Part shown: positions 49,069-57,587 of the stretch, piece after piece
How the letters are laid out: each line of letters begins with the position of its first letter
Numbering within the stretch: the stretch's first letter is position 1
Assembly (NCBI GenBank): GCA_903911245.1
Contig: CAIWCR010000010.1
Location: forward strand, 1 to 59,659
Reading direction: 5' to 3'
DNA from: an uncultured Parcubacteria group bacterium
GTDB lineage: Bacteria > Patescibacteriota > Minisyncoccia > UBA6257 > 2-01-FULL-56-20
Length of the DNA: 59,659 bases
Made by a program: the position numbers and the translations under genes
The notes under the pieces: generated by a model
Seen by the model: the letters and a program-made list of their open reading frames with translations, nothing else
Told to the model about the DNA's origin: nothing
Databases searched by the model: none

Positions 49069-52000
49069 ATGGGAATATTCAGATACAAAATTTTAACGGC
49101 GAAAATAAAAACTCTTTTTAAGAGGAAAGATCGATCGCTTATAGACGTAGCCAACAGAGAGAAGAAGGTCAATAAACAATTAAAACCGATCCTTATTAAA
49201 GGGCACGATCCTTTATGGATGCCTTCTGTTTTATCTTTCTTAAAAATATTTTTTACGATGTTATTCTTTTGGATAATATCGCATCCGGAATACTTTTATA
49301 GATACATCCTTTCACCGATAAATTCTTTTCTCTCAAAAATTTCTATTTATAGTCATGTTGTTTCTTATTTAGGCAGGTTTGTCCCTAGTATTTCCATACC
49401 AAATATAAGTGCTAATTTTGATCCAGTTGCTATTCATACCGGTATAGGCGCAGTTTTAATTGGATTGGCATTCTTTGTTGCACAAAGTTTAGCCGACAAA
49501 AATGATCCAGAAAAAGGCAGGGTTTTATTGTATAAGAGTTGGTTTTTCCCTTTGTTAATGGCAGAAGTGATGGCCTTCTTTTTCTTTATCGGCAACACAA
49601 ATATTTTAGGTTTTATTCCAGTGATTGCCATTGCCCTATGGACTATGTTTTCACTAGGTAGTGTGATCGATATTCTTGTAAGAGAGTACAAGATGGAAGA
49701 AGCGAAAAAGGAGGTGCTTCTAAGTGTCACTAAGAAAAATTTTATTCGAATCTTAGACAAAGAAATTACCCAGAGGATTGGTAATAATTTCCTCTATAAA
49801 AAATACGAAAACAGTGGAGTACTAAACGCTAACCCATTCGGATTTTGGGGTAATAAAAAAGAAGTCATTGCTATAAAATCGCAAAAGAGCGGAATAATAC
49901 TTGATATAAAAATTCACGATCTCGAAAAATTAGTAACGATGTTAAGCAGGGTGGTAAATGAGAATACTCCTGCCGAAAATGCTGACCATACCAGTATCGG
50001 AAGCACCAAAGCCAAACAGGAACCAATTTGTTATTTGAAGCCACTGCTCGGATACAAAATAGAAGCAGGAGAAGCACTGTTCGAAATAAAGAAAAGCGTT
50101 GCTGACCGTATAGATATTAAGAGGCTGGCAAAAATTGCTCGTGATGTGTTTGTAATCAAAAAAGATGACTCAGAAACTGAGGCGCGCATTGAAATTTCAA
50201 AATTGAAGGATAGGTGCATACTAGCCATTAACAATCAACAAACTGGAGACCTAGAAAAAATAATCAAGCTGTATGTAGATTTGGTCAAGGAATTTTTTAA
50301 ATATTTCAGCTTGTATCACGGTGGTTGTTTTTCATCAGAACAAGCCAAACAAGAGAGAGGATCATTTTTTGATAAATTGAAGCCATTAGATTGGTTGTCA
50401 AAAGATATCTGGGAAATTTTTGAGAGAGGGATAAATTCGGAAGATATAAATATTATTAGAGATGTTGCCTATCTGCCGATTTTATTAGTCCAACAGGCTA
50501 TTGAAAGTAAGGATCATCTAATTTTCCAAGAATTCATATACTTTTCGCGAGTTCTCTACGAGAGAGCCTATGAACTCTCAGAGAAAGGAAAAAAGAAGGA
50601 AGCGGATATAATGTTCGATCGAACATGGCGCTACTTAAAAGAACTCTCCACATATCATCTTGAGTCAAAGCTAAAAGAGGAAGATTATCCCGAACAAGAT
50701 TTTAAGGATTACTACATACAGATACTTAAGACATTTCAGGAATTATTAAAATCGTCTTTTGATAAAAAGGACTTACATAATTTTGAGAAATTCCTATCAG
50801 TTGTCTCGGATTTGTTTAATCGTCTAGATAGACCGTATTCCGGTTTTACGGATACAGAAAAACTCTATGATTTTCTCTCTGACAAAAGACTAGAGATGCT
50901 TTTTGGCCTCGCAAGTTGGATATTGTCGATACTTAAAAACACCAAAGACTCTGAGACTAAAAAGTTCTACGACGCTGTGCAGAGTAGATTGCCAACGAAA
51001 ATTGAGGAATTCACTGAAGTATTTTTACGCGCTCACGATTTTAAGACTGAAGATTACTGGGGATGGGACTGGTGGGAATCAAGGCCGGACGAGGGAGTTC
51101 ACACTATCAACGTGCTTGAAAAGCTTGAGCAGTTCTTTGTGATTAGGTTGCTTTCATTATTACGCTCAAGGAACGATGCTGATATAGAAAAAATAAACCT
51201 GCCTCATAACAGGGACTTAGCATTTCTTGCTGAAGGGACAAGAGATGCAATGAAAACTATTGATGACATAGAAAAAAATCCAGATAATTGGAAGTTTGCT
51301 TTAGACGACGAATCTATGAAAAAGTGCTCGTCATTGCGAGGGTTATTTAAAAGAGCTCACGAGCAACAAGAACAAGATGATCTAAAAAGAAAGCGAGAAG
51401 CAAGTATTTCGAAAGTTAAGGTTGAAAAATTTAAGGAATCTTTTATTGAAAATTATGAACAAAGTCATCCGATAAAAAAGCTATTCAAAAACTTGAATCT
51501 CTTTTCGGATAAGACGGCTAAAAAAGCCAAGCCAGAAATAAAAAAGATGGGGGTTAATACGATGTTTGATAAGGCCGCCTTTTTTGGCGAAGATGTGGCC
51601 TGGCATGTTCATTACGTAGGTATTGATGAGGCTTTTGGATTTGGCAGGAGCATGGCTTATGGTGAGAACGATCAGGTCTTGGAAGAAATCGCAAACAAGG
51701 CAACAGTAATAACAAAAGATAAATTTGAGAGTACGCTCGGCGAAATAAAAGTATCGAATATAGTCCTTATTGCTACGAATCATGCAATATGGAGATTCTT
51801 TGAGAGAGCGGATACCAATTGGATACCGAAATGGCACAGAGAATTTCCTAAGGAGTTTTCTGATCACATGATCGATGGAGTATATAAATTTAAAGACAAG
51901 CTAATACCCGTTTATCAGTTATTTACTCCGAAAGCTGAGCATTCGGATATTTTCATTCTTGATAAAGCTAAAATTGGAAAATTTATACAATATTCTGCTC

Positions 52001-52257
52001 TCGATGAGAATGACAAGCCAGACTTGGCCTACAAGGGGTTCCTGATAGATGTTCAGGAATTTATTCCAAATTCTGATTTGGTTAATGAATTTCTTGCAAA
52101 ACCGCCACAATGGCTAGCTGACGTTGGTACCAAAGACAAACAGATTGAGCACCTGCAAGAACGTGTGCTGATTCATGTTTTTGAAAAATACGAATTTCAG
52201 ATGAACGATACTTTCTATGGGTATTTACTCCACACTGACGACAAAGACGAGGAATAA
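49069..52257 (+). CDS. Large hypothetical protein with N-terminal TM helices
   Basis: 1062-aa ORF with about 4 TMs in the first 210 aa, then a long soluble region; no motif recognised. Confidence 0.85.
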   Translation: MGIFRYKILTAKIKTLFKRKDRSLIDVANREKKVNKQLKPILIKGHDPLWMPSVLSFLKIFFTMLFFWIISHPEYFYRYILSPINSFLSKISIYSHVVSYLGRFVPSISIPNISANFDPVAIHTGIGAVLIGLAFFVAQSLADKNDPEKGRVLLYKSWFFPLLMAEVMAFFFFIGNTNILGFIPVIAIALWTMFSLGSVIDILVREYKMEEAKKEVLLSVTKKNFIRILDKEITQRIGNNFLYKKYENSGVLNANPFGFWGNKKEVIAIKSQKSGIILDIKIHDLEKLVTMLSRVVNENTPAENADHTSIGSTKAKQEPICYLKPLLGYKIEAGEALFEIKKSVADRIDIKRLAKIARDVFVIKKDDSETEARIEISKLKDRCILAINNQQTGDLEKIIKLYVDLVKEFFKYFSLYHGGCFSSEQAKQERGSFFDKLKPLDWLSKDIWEIFERGINSEDINIIRDVAYLPILLVQQAIESKDHLIFQEFIYFSRVLYERAYELSEKGKKKEADIMFDRTWRYLKELSTYHLESKLKEEDYPEQDFKDYYIQILKTFQELLKSSFDKKDLHNFEKFLSVVSDLFNRLDRPYSGFTDTEKLYDFLSDKRLEMLFGLASWILSILKNTKDSETKKFYDAVQSRLPTKIEEFTEVFLRAHDFKTEDYWGWDWWESRPDEGVHTINVLEKLEQFFVIRLLSLLRSRNDADIEKINLPHNRDLAFLAEGTRDAMKTIDDIEKNPDNWKFALDDESMKKCSSLRGLFKRAHEQQEQDDLKRKREASISKVKVEKFKESFIENYEQSHPIKKLFKNLNLFSDKTAKKAKPEIKKMGVNTMFDKAAFFGEDVAWHVHYVGIDEAFGFGRSMAYGENDQVLEEIANKATVITKDKFESTLGEIKVSNIVLIATNHAIWRFFERADTNWIPKWHREFPKEFSDHMIDGVYKFKDKLIPVYQLFTPKAEHSDIFILDKAKIGKFIQYSALDENDKPDLAYKGFLIDVQEFIPNSDLVNEFLAKPPQWLADVGTKDKQIEHLQERVLIHVFEKYEFQMNDTFYGYLLHTDDKDEE

Positions 52258-52263
52258 AATATT

Positions 52264-52761
52264 ATGAAAAATGATTGGTATAAAAAGGCTCTGCTAAAGA
52301 ACGCAAAGGAGATAGTAAGCTCTGGTACGACTTACGTGATCTTATCTTTGGTGCTTTTACTCTGGCATTTTGCTTTGGGAATCAAATTCCAATGGCAGAG
52401 TATCAGTCCATTATCTGCACCGAGTATATTTGTTCGGGTGTTTTATAGTGCTTTTACTTTTTGCACGCTCGGCTTAATTCTATACGTGATCAAATTTTAT
52501 AAAGTGCTCCACGATATCGTTGTTAAGGCATTTGGCATGTGGGAACTCTACAACTTAATAAAGGCGGTACTCTGGCTATTTCTGATGTGGATTTCATATG
52601 CCTATCTCGTGCCGTGGCTGTTCAATGTCTTAAATGCTGGCGTGTCTGTATTGTTTAATATTGCCAATCTCGTGTTGTATGCATTACCACCGGTCGGCAT
52701 TACATTAATTTTAAGCATCATCTATCTACTCTCTAGTAAAAAATTAAAACATGAACACTGA
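52264..52761 (+). CDS. Hypothetical 4-TM membrane protein
   Basis: 165-aa hydrophobic ORF starting 6 nt after the previous stop. Confidence 0.75.
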   Translation: MKNDWYKKALLKNAKEIVSSGTTYVILSLVLLLWHFALGIKFQWQSISPLSAPSIFVRVFYSAFTFCTLGLILYVIKFYKVLHDIVVKAFGMWELYNLIKAVLWLFLMWISYAYLVPWLFNVLNAGVSVLFNIANLVLYALPPVGITLILSIIYLLSSKKLKHEH

Positions 52762-52927
52762 CGATCCAATTAAAGACGAACCAGCCGAGGAAGCTCCCGA
52801 CGAGGAAGTTGTCGAGCTTATGGAAGCCCACGATCTCGATCAGGACACGGCCGAGCGTGTGCAGGAGATCATGGAAGATTTAGGTGTGGACGAGGACGAC
52901 GCTGTCGAGCTCGAGGAACTTCTGTAG
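52751..52927 (+). CDS. Small highly acidic protein (58 aa)
   Basis: Manual translation MNTDDPIKDEPAEEAPDEEVVELMEAHDLDQDTAERVQEIMEDLGVDEDDAVELEELL; its start overlaps the end of the upstream gene. Below the ORF track cut-off. Confidence 0.75.
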   Translation: MNTDDPIKDEPAEEAPDEEVVELMEAHDLDQDTAERVQEIMEDLGVDEDDAVELEELL

Positions 52928-53093
52928 TTAAGCAAATATGACTCGTTGTAATTTGCTTAACATTGCTTAAGTTAAGCAAATCGCATTACGGTCGTAAAAA
53001 TGGTTTACATTCGGTTCTGGGTTTCTAATCGGTGCAAATCTCTAACTCCAGCTCAACCGCTCGCCACAGGGGCAAACAAGTGGCAAATTGGGG

Positions 53094-53205
53094 TTATCCC
53101 TCTTTGCATTCAGCCAGCAGTTGGTTCATTTGGGAGAGAACGACAGTCGGATACTTGTATTCATCCGCCCAGTCAAAAGTTCGAAACTTGCTGAGTAGGG
53201 CGAGC
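53094..53205 (-). other. attR region with the displaced 3' tail of the recombinase gene
   Basis: Reads (W)L-ALLSKFRTFDWADEYKYPTVVLSQMNQLLAECKEG-stop in frame when joined at GAGC to the recombinase. Confidence 0.75.
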
Positions 53206-53209
53206 GACT

Positions 53210-53241
53210 GAAAAACAACTCGCTTTATGCGGGTTGTTTTT
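53210..53241 (+). terminator. Terminator hairpin right of attR (likely the displaced tRNA-Asn terminator)
   Basis: AAAAACAACTCGC-tttat-GCGGGTTGTTTTT; a second copy lies at 54658-54690. Confidence 0.7.
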
Positions 53242-53381
53242 GTATAAAAACTTAAATAGAGAGTTATCCAATAAGAACAATTTCGAGCTACAGAAAATAC
53301 CCCTAAAATATAGGGTTATTTTTTACTTCAAACGATGCTCGGCCCCGTGCCAATAATAATGTATTTTGATATAATTCCAGT

Positions 53382-53855
53382 ATGAAAATACTAATCGTTT
53401 ATTATTCAAGAACGGGAACAACAAAGAAGGTTGCTGAAAAAATAAGAGGGGGTCTTAATTGTGATATCGAAGAAATAATTCCAGTAAAGAACCACAAAGG
53501 GATACTGGGATTTTTTCTTTGCGGTAAGGAATCGACACAAAAAATACTTCCCACAATAAATCTAGCAATTAAAAATCCTGCCGATTATGATTTAATCATA
53601 TTAGGAACTCCTATTTGGGCTTTGAGTATATCAAGTCCCATGAGAGCATATTTGGAAAATAATAAAGAAAAGTTTAAAAAATTGGCATTCTTTTGCACAA
53701 TGGGCGGAACGGGAAATGAACAAGTGTGTGCTGAAATAGAAAAAATATGTGGCAAAAAAACGTTGACGCGCATGGCACTTCAAACAAAAGAAGCTCAATC
53801 GAAAGAATCTCTAGAAAAAATAGAGGGCTTTATAAAAAGCATAATTCGTATTTAA
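53382..53855 (+). CDS. Flavodoxin family protein
   Basis: IVYYSRTGTTKKVAE, DYDLIILGTPIW and AFFCTMGG motifs. Confidence 0.9.
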   Translation: MKILIVYYSRTGTTKKVAEKIRGGLNCDIEEIIPVKNHKGILGFFLCGKESTQKILPTINLAIKNPADYDLIILGTPIWALSISSPMRAYLENNKEKFKKLAFFCTMGGTGNEQVCAEIEKICGKKTLTRMALQTKEAQSKESLEKIEGFIKSIIRI

Positions 53856-53978
53856 CTATCCCTATCCCCCATTAAACAGGTTCTCACGTCATCTAATAGA
53901 GAGCGCAGTCAATGTTTAGGTTTTGTATTACGGTCTGCTATACTGTAATTAAATGTATATTTCAACGTCATCTTTTAT

Positions 53979-54584
53979 ATGAATACTAAAATCATAGCTA
54001 TTTTGGGCGGCGCAATCATTGTTCTTACTACGATTGGTCTTATTATTTTTGAATCGAATACTCACAAAGAAAAAGATAAGGGTCAAGTTTTGGCACAAGA
54101 CTATAAAAATGCGACCTACATAATTGAAGGGCAACCAATCACTCTTACTAATGGACTATCTGAAATGGAAGCGGCTCCCGGCTCGGCAACAAAAATCACT
54201 ACTCGTTATTTCGGCAACGAAGTTAAACACGATCTTAATAACGACGGCCGTGAGGATGTGGCATTTCTCCTAACTCAGGAGACGGGTGGTAGTGGTACCT
54301 TTTTCTATATTGTTGCCGCTTTAAATACTCCAACGGGCTATATCGGCTCACAAGCTTTTTTATTAGGTGACCGTATTGCACCGCAGACAACTGAAATAGA
54401 CGAGGGGAAAACAACCACGGGAACTAATAGAGAAAACGTTATTGTTGTTAATTACGCCGTTCGTTTACCTGGCGAACCATTTGCCACTCCGCCTTCACTA
54501 GGTAAGAGTTTATGGCTTAAGCTTGATCCGATTACCATGCAATTCGGTGAAGTAACACAAAATTTTGAAGGTGAATCAAAATAG
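53979..54584 (+). CDS. Membrane-anchored exported hypothetical protein
   Basis: N-terminal TM; DYKNATYIIEG, DLNNDGREDVA and GGSGTFFY..LLGDRIAPQ. Confidence 0.8.
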   Translation: MNTKIIAILGGAIIVLTTIGLIIFESNTHKEKDKGQVLAQDYKNATYIIEGQPITLTNGLSEMEAAPGSATKITTRYFGNEVKHDLNNDGREDVAFLLTQETGGSGTFFYIVAALNTPTGYIGSQAFLLGDRIAPQTTEIDEGKTTTGTNRENVIVVNYAVRLPGEPFATPPSLGKSLWLKLDPITMQFGEVTQNFEGESK

Positions 54585-54649
54585 AAAATCTTTACAAAAA
54601 ATCTACCCCAACTACGCAGCCACTAAGCAAGTTCTCACCCCCAATACTA

Positions 54650-54699
54650 GAGCAACTGAAAAATAACTCGTTTTTATGCAAGTTATTTTTGTATAAAAA
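54650..54699 (+). repeat. Second copy of the GAGC + terminator segment (att-like remnant)
   Basis: About 43/50 nt identical to 53202-53250, including a compensatory C-G to T-A stem change. Confidence 0.75.
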
Positions 54700-54729
54700 A
54701 TTTCAAACGATTTCAATTGAGGGAAACTT

Positions 54730-55884
54730 TTAGATTGGATAACGAATAATAACAATACCTGAGCCTCCAGCGCCGCCATACCTAGTTGCGCCAGCGCCGC
54801 CAGCAGCGCCGCCTCCGCCACCACTGCCGGAATTAGCTAAAGCATCGGTCGCATTCGATGAAGTACTTCCACCAGTGCCGCCGCCACTACTACCCAACCC
54901 TTTTTGAGTTATTAATTCTCCACCGCCGCCACCACCGCCTGCATAATACACCGAAGAACCTGAAATTGAATACGATAATCCGACTCCGCCATTGCCTCCA
55001 ATTGCACCTCCTGATCCACCCCCATAAGTACCACTTCCACTTGATCCAACAGTACCTGCGCCACCGCCGCCAGAACCGGGACCATTTGTTACATTGTATG
55101 CACCCCCATTAGAACCCTGACCGGTCGTAGGAGAGCCGCCAGTAGACGCAGAACCACCAGTGCCGCCACCAGAACCACCACTACCTCCATTACTTGAATA
55201 GCCACCACCATATCCTCCACCAATGGCAGTCAATGTACCAAAAATAGAATTGCTTCCCGGGTTTCCATTACTATTACTTCCAGTCTGATGCGCTGCCCCA
55301 CCAGCGCCAATCGTTACTGTAACTTGACCCGTACTAACTGCGTAAGAGGGATAATAAATTACACCACCGCCACCACCACCGCCGCCATGGCCCTCTCCTC
55401 CTCCACCACCGCCACCAACAACAAGAACTTCTACGTTACCGCTGCCAGTAACAGTGAATGTTCCGCTTGTAGTAAAAGTATGAATACGATATCCGCCAAT
55501 GTCAGTAACGGTTCCTCCCGTAGCAGATAAACTACTAATACCAAACCATGATGTCCCATTATAAAATTCAACCCTTGAGGTATCAGTATTGAATCGCATC
55601 ATACCCGTAGTGGGACTCGATGGACGTTGCGCAGTAGTACCAACCGGCATTTTCATACCGGTAGTACCACCCACGTCTAATGTTATAGCAGGATTTGATG
55701 TTCCTATTCCGACATTTCCCGCAGTGTAATACATACTCGTACCACTCAAAAGCCAGAATATCGGATTTCCGTTCGGTGGTTGATTGGATCCAGGACTTGA
55801 GAATGCAAAAACCGCAATCATACAAGCGCTTGAGCCTATGAGGATACTGAGGAAAAGGAGTTTGAAATTCTTGAGGATTTTCAT
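54730..55884 (-). CDS. Secreted glycine-rich fibre/adhesin-like protein
   Basis: Signal peptide, GNVGIGT repeat, GMMRFNTDT, and a Gly-rich domain (YRIHTFTTSGTF..VLVVGGGGGGG..GGSGIVIIRY). Start taken at MKILK. Confidence 0.85.
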   Translation of the reverse strand: MKILKNFKLLFLSILIGSSACMIAVFAFSSPGSNQPPNGNPIFWLLSGTSMYYTAGNVGIGTSNPAITLDVGGTTGMKMPVGTTAQRPSSPTTGMMRFNTDTSRVEFYNGTSWFGISSLSATGGTVTDIGGYRIHTFTTSGTFTVTGSGNVEVLVVGGGGGGGEGHGGGGGGGGVIYYPSYAVSTGQVTVTIGAGGAAHQTGSNSNGNPGSNSIFGTLTAIGGGYGGGYSSNGGSGGSGGGTGGSASTGGSPTTGQGSNGGAYNVTNGPGSGGGGAGTVGSSGSGTYGGGSGGAIGGNGGVGLSYSISGSSVYYAGGGGGGGELITQKGLGSSGGGTGGSTSSNATDALANSGSGGGGGAAGGAGATRYGGAGGSGIVIIRYPI

Positions 55885-55895
55885 ATTTAAATTAA

Positions 55896-57395
55896 TTAAT
55901 TGCAAGCACAAACTCCAGAACTATCTACCGCAGTCGAACAATATCCTAGCGTTTTTCCATCAGGCTTCCAACATGTTATATGATTCGCAAAACCACCTGC
56001 ATCAATCATAACATTTCCGTTTATTTCAAGCGAGATATTCGAATCCATCGTTCCGATACCAATATTGCCAATATTGTTTATTTTCATGAACGGCGTTGAT
56101 GTATCGACTGTCGGGTCAATGGAGATGCCGCTATAGAGAGGATTTACTCTATTATTAAGATCTTGTAATCCCTCCACCAATAAAGGCGTTAGGCGACCGT
56201 AATCAACTGACCATGGGTTTTTCTTTGGATCGTCACCACCTACTGTAACTGCCTCGGGATAAATCTTGTAAAGATCCTGAGCGACAAAACCTTGTACTGT
56301 TTTCTTTTGAGGGTCGGCAATAAAATTGAAATCATTAACAGGAATAGACATAAGTGCGCCTAATCCCCGATTCGTTGATACTATATTTTCTTTGAGGCGA
56401 CGATCTGAGGAAGTATTGAAAGTGGTGTAGGTATTATAATTACAAATAGAACCCACATTAGTACCAGCTGCATTCCAAAAACCAGCGGCACATGCGCCAT
56501 CCCCTTCGGGAAGATAATCTATTGCATATTCAGTTCCACCACCATGATATCGTACGTCGATAGCGGTAGTCCATCCATCATTAGAATAAGTAGATCCGGT
56601 CACCTGGGGACCTTTCAAGACGATAAATCCATTTAAAACAGAAGTTCCTTTTACGCTTAGATTTGCCACCGGCGTTGTCGTACCAATACCAACATTGCCA
56701 CTAGGTTGGAGAATAAGATTACCCCATGCAGCGCCTCCTCCAGTAAGTGAGCCTATCATACTGTAAGTCGTGCCCGTCGGTGCACCAAATTCTTGTACAA
56801 GCATCGTACCCGCGCTAGTGGCAACATAGTCATTAGTTGCAGTCATAAAAGGCTGTACGCCACCTATAATAGAAAGCCTCCTTCCTGGACTTGTCGTTCC
56901 AATTCCGACATAGCCATTGTTTAATATTCTCATTTGCTCTGTCATTTGAGCAGGATCATAATAATTTCCACCTGATGTAAGAAAAGTTAAGATGCCACCA
57001 TTAACATCCTTGTTTCCGCTAATAGCTTGAATTCCAGCCGCTGCTTTCTCGCCCGCTCCTGAATCGCTAATCATAAAGGCCAACATGTTTGTTTTATTAG
57101 TAGCAGCTCCTGTTGTTCCTCCAAAAAGACGCATCGGAACAGCGGTGTCTGAATTTTGTCGTACTTCTAACGTTGATGTTGGACTATTCGTTCCTATCCC
57201 TACGTTTCCTCCTGAATAATACATAGAGGTTCCATTCAGAAGCCAGAAGGTTGGATTTCCATTGGGAGGTTGATTCGATCCAGGACTTGAAAATGCAAAG
57301 ATGCTTATGGCGCAAGCAAAAAGGCCTATGGCAATACTAAGGAATAAAACTTTGAGATTTGAAGAGATGAAAAATCTTGCTGATTTCAGATTCAT
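55896..57395 (-). CDS. Secreted tail-fibre-like protein with peptidase S74 intramolecular chaperone
   Basis: Multiple GNVGIGT repeats; TSSDRRLKENI autocleavage motif, GFVAQDL and VDYGRLTPLLVEGLQDL. Confidence 0.85.
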   Translation of the reverse strand: MNLKSARFFISSNLKVLFLSIAIGLFACAISIFAFSSPGSNQPPNGNPTFWLLNGTSMYYSGGNVGIGTNSPTSTLEVRQNSDTAVPMRLFGGTTGAATNKTNMLAFMISDSGAGEKAAAGIQAISGNKDVNGGILTFLTSGGNYYDPAQMTEQMRILNNGYVGIGTTSPGRRLSIIGGVQPFMTATNDYVATSAGTMLVQEFGAPTGTTYSMIGSLTGGGAAWGNLILQPSGNVGIGTTTPVANLSVKGTSVLNGFIVLKGPQVTGSTYSNDGWTTAIDVRYHGGGTEYAIDYLPEGDGACAAGFWNAAGTNVGSICNYNTYTTFNTSSDRRLKENIVSTNRGLGALMSIPVNDFNFIADPQKKTVQGFVAQDLYKIYPEAVTVGGDDPKKNPWSVDYGRLTPLLVEGLQDLNNRVNPLYSGISIDPTVDTSTPFMKINNIGNIGIGTMDSNISLEINGNVMIDAGGFANHITCWKPDGKTLGYCSTAVDSSGVCACN

Positions 57396-57463
57396 TACCT
57401 TCTATTATAACAGGAATGAGGAGGGGAAAGAAGAAAAGAAATGGGGATAAACATGAATCTGTC

Positions 57464-57576
57464 TGTCATCCTGACCCCGTATCGTGGCACGGGACAAGCT
57501 CCGGTCAGGATCCATGCTTTCTTCTTTTTCTTAATTAAGACTGGAAGCATGGATCCCGGCCTTCACCGGGATAACA
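57464..57576. repeat. REP-like paired palindromic element (copy D)
   Basis: TGTCATCCTGACC..GGTCAGGATCCATGC and inverted GCATGGATCCCGG..CCGGGATAACA. Confidence 0.75.
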
Positions 57577-57587
57577 GAAAATAAGCT

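Larger units (their letters stand above)
40328..53205. mobile_element. ~12.9 kb serine-recombinase integrative element / defence island in tRNA-Asn
   Basis: The recombinase ORF ends inside the tRNA antisense. GAGC occurs at both ends. Joining the ends restores an in-frame recombinase tail and a tRNA followed by a terminator. Cargo includes rep/HTH and restriction-modification genes. Confidence 0.8.

Noticed and set aside
53337..53355. GGCCCCGTGCCA as a duplicated tRNA 3' end (attR)
   Set aside because: Poor match; the GAGC site at 53202 explains both the recombinase tail and the terminator much better.
54730..55420. Repetitive CCACC/CCGCC tracts as CRISPR or tandem repeats
   Set aside because: These are glycine codons of a Gly-rich protein. 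No repeat-spacer array, cas gene or reverse transcriptase (DGR/retron) was seen anywhere in the window.
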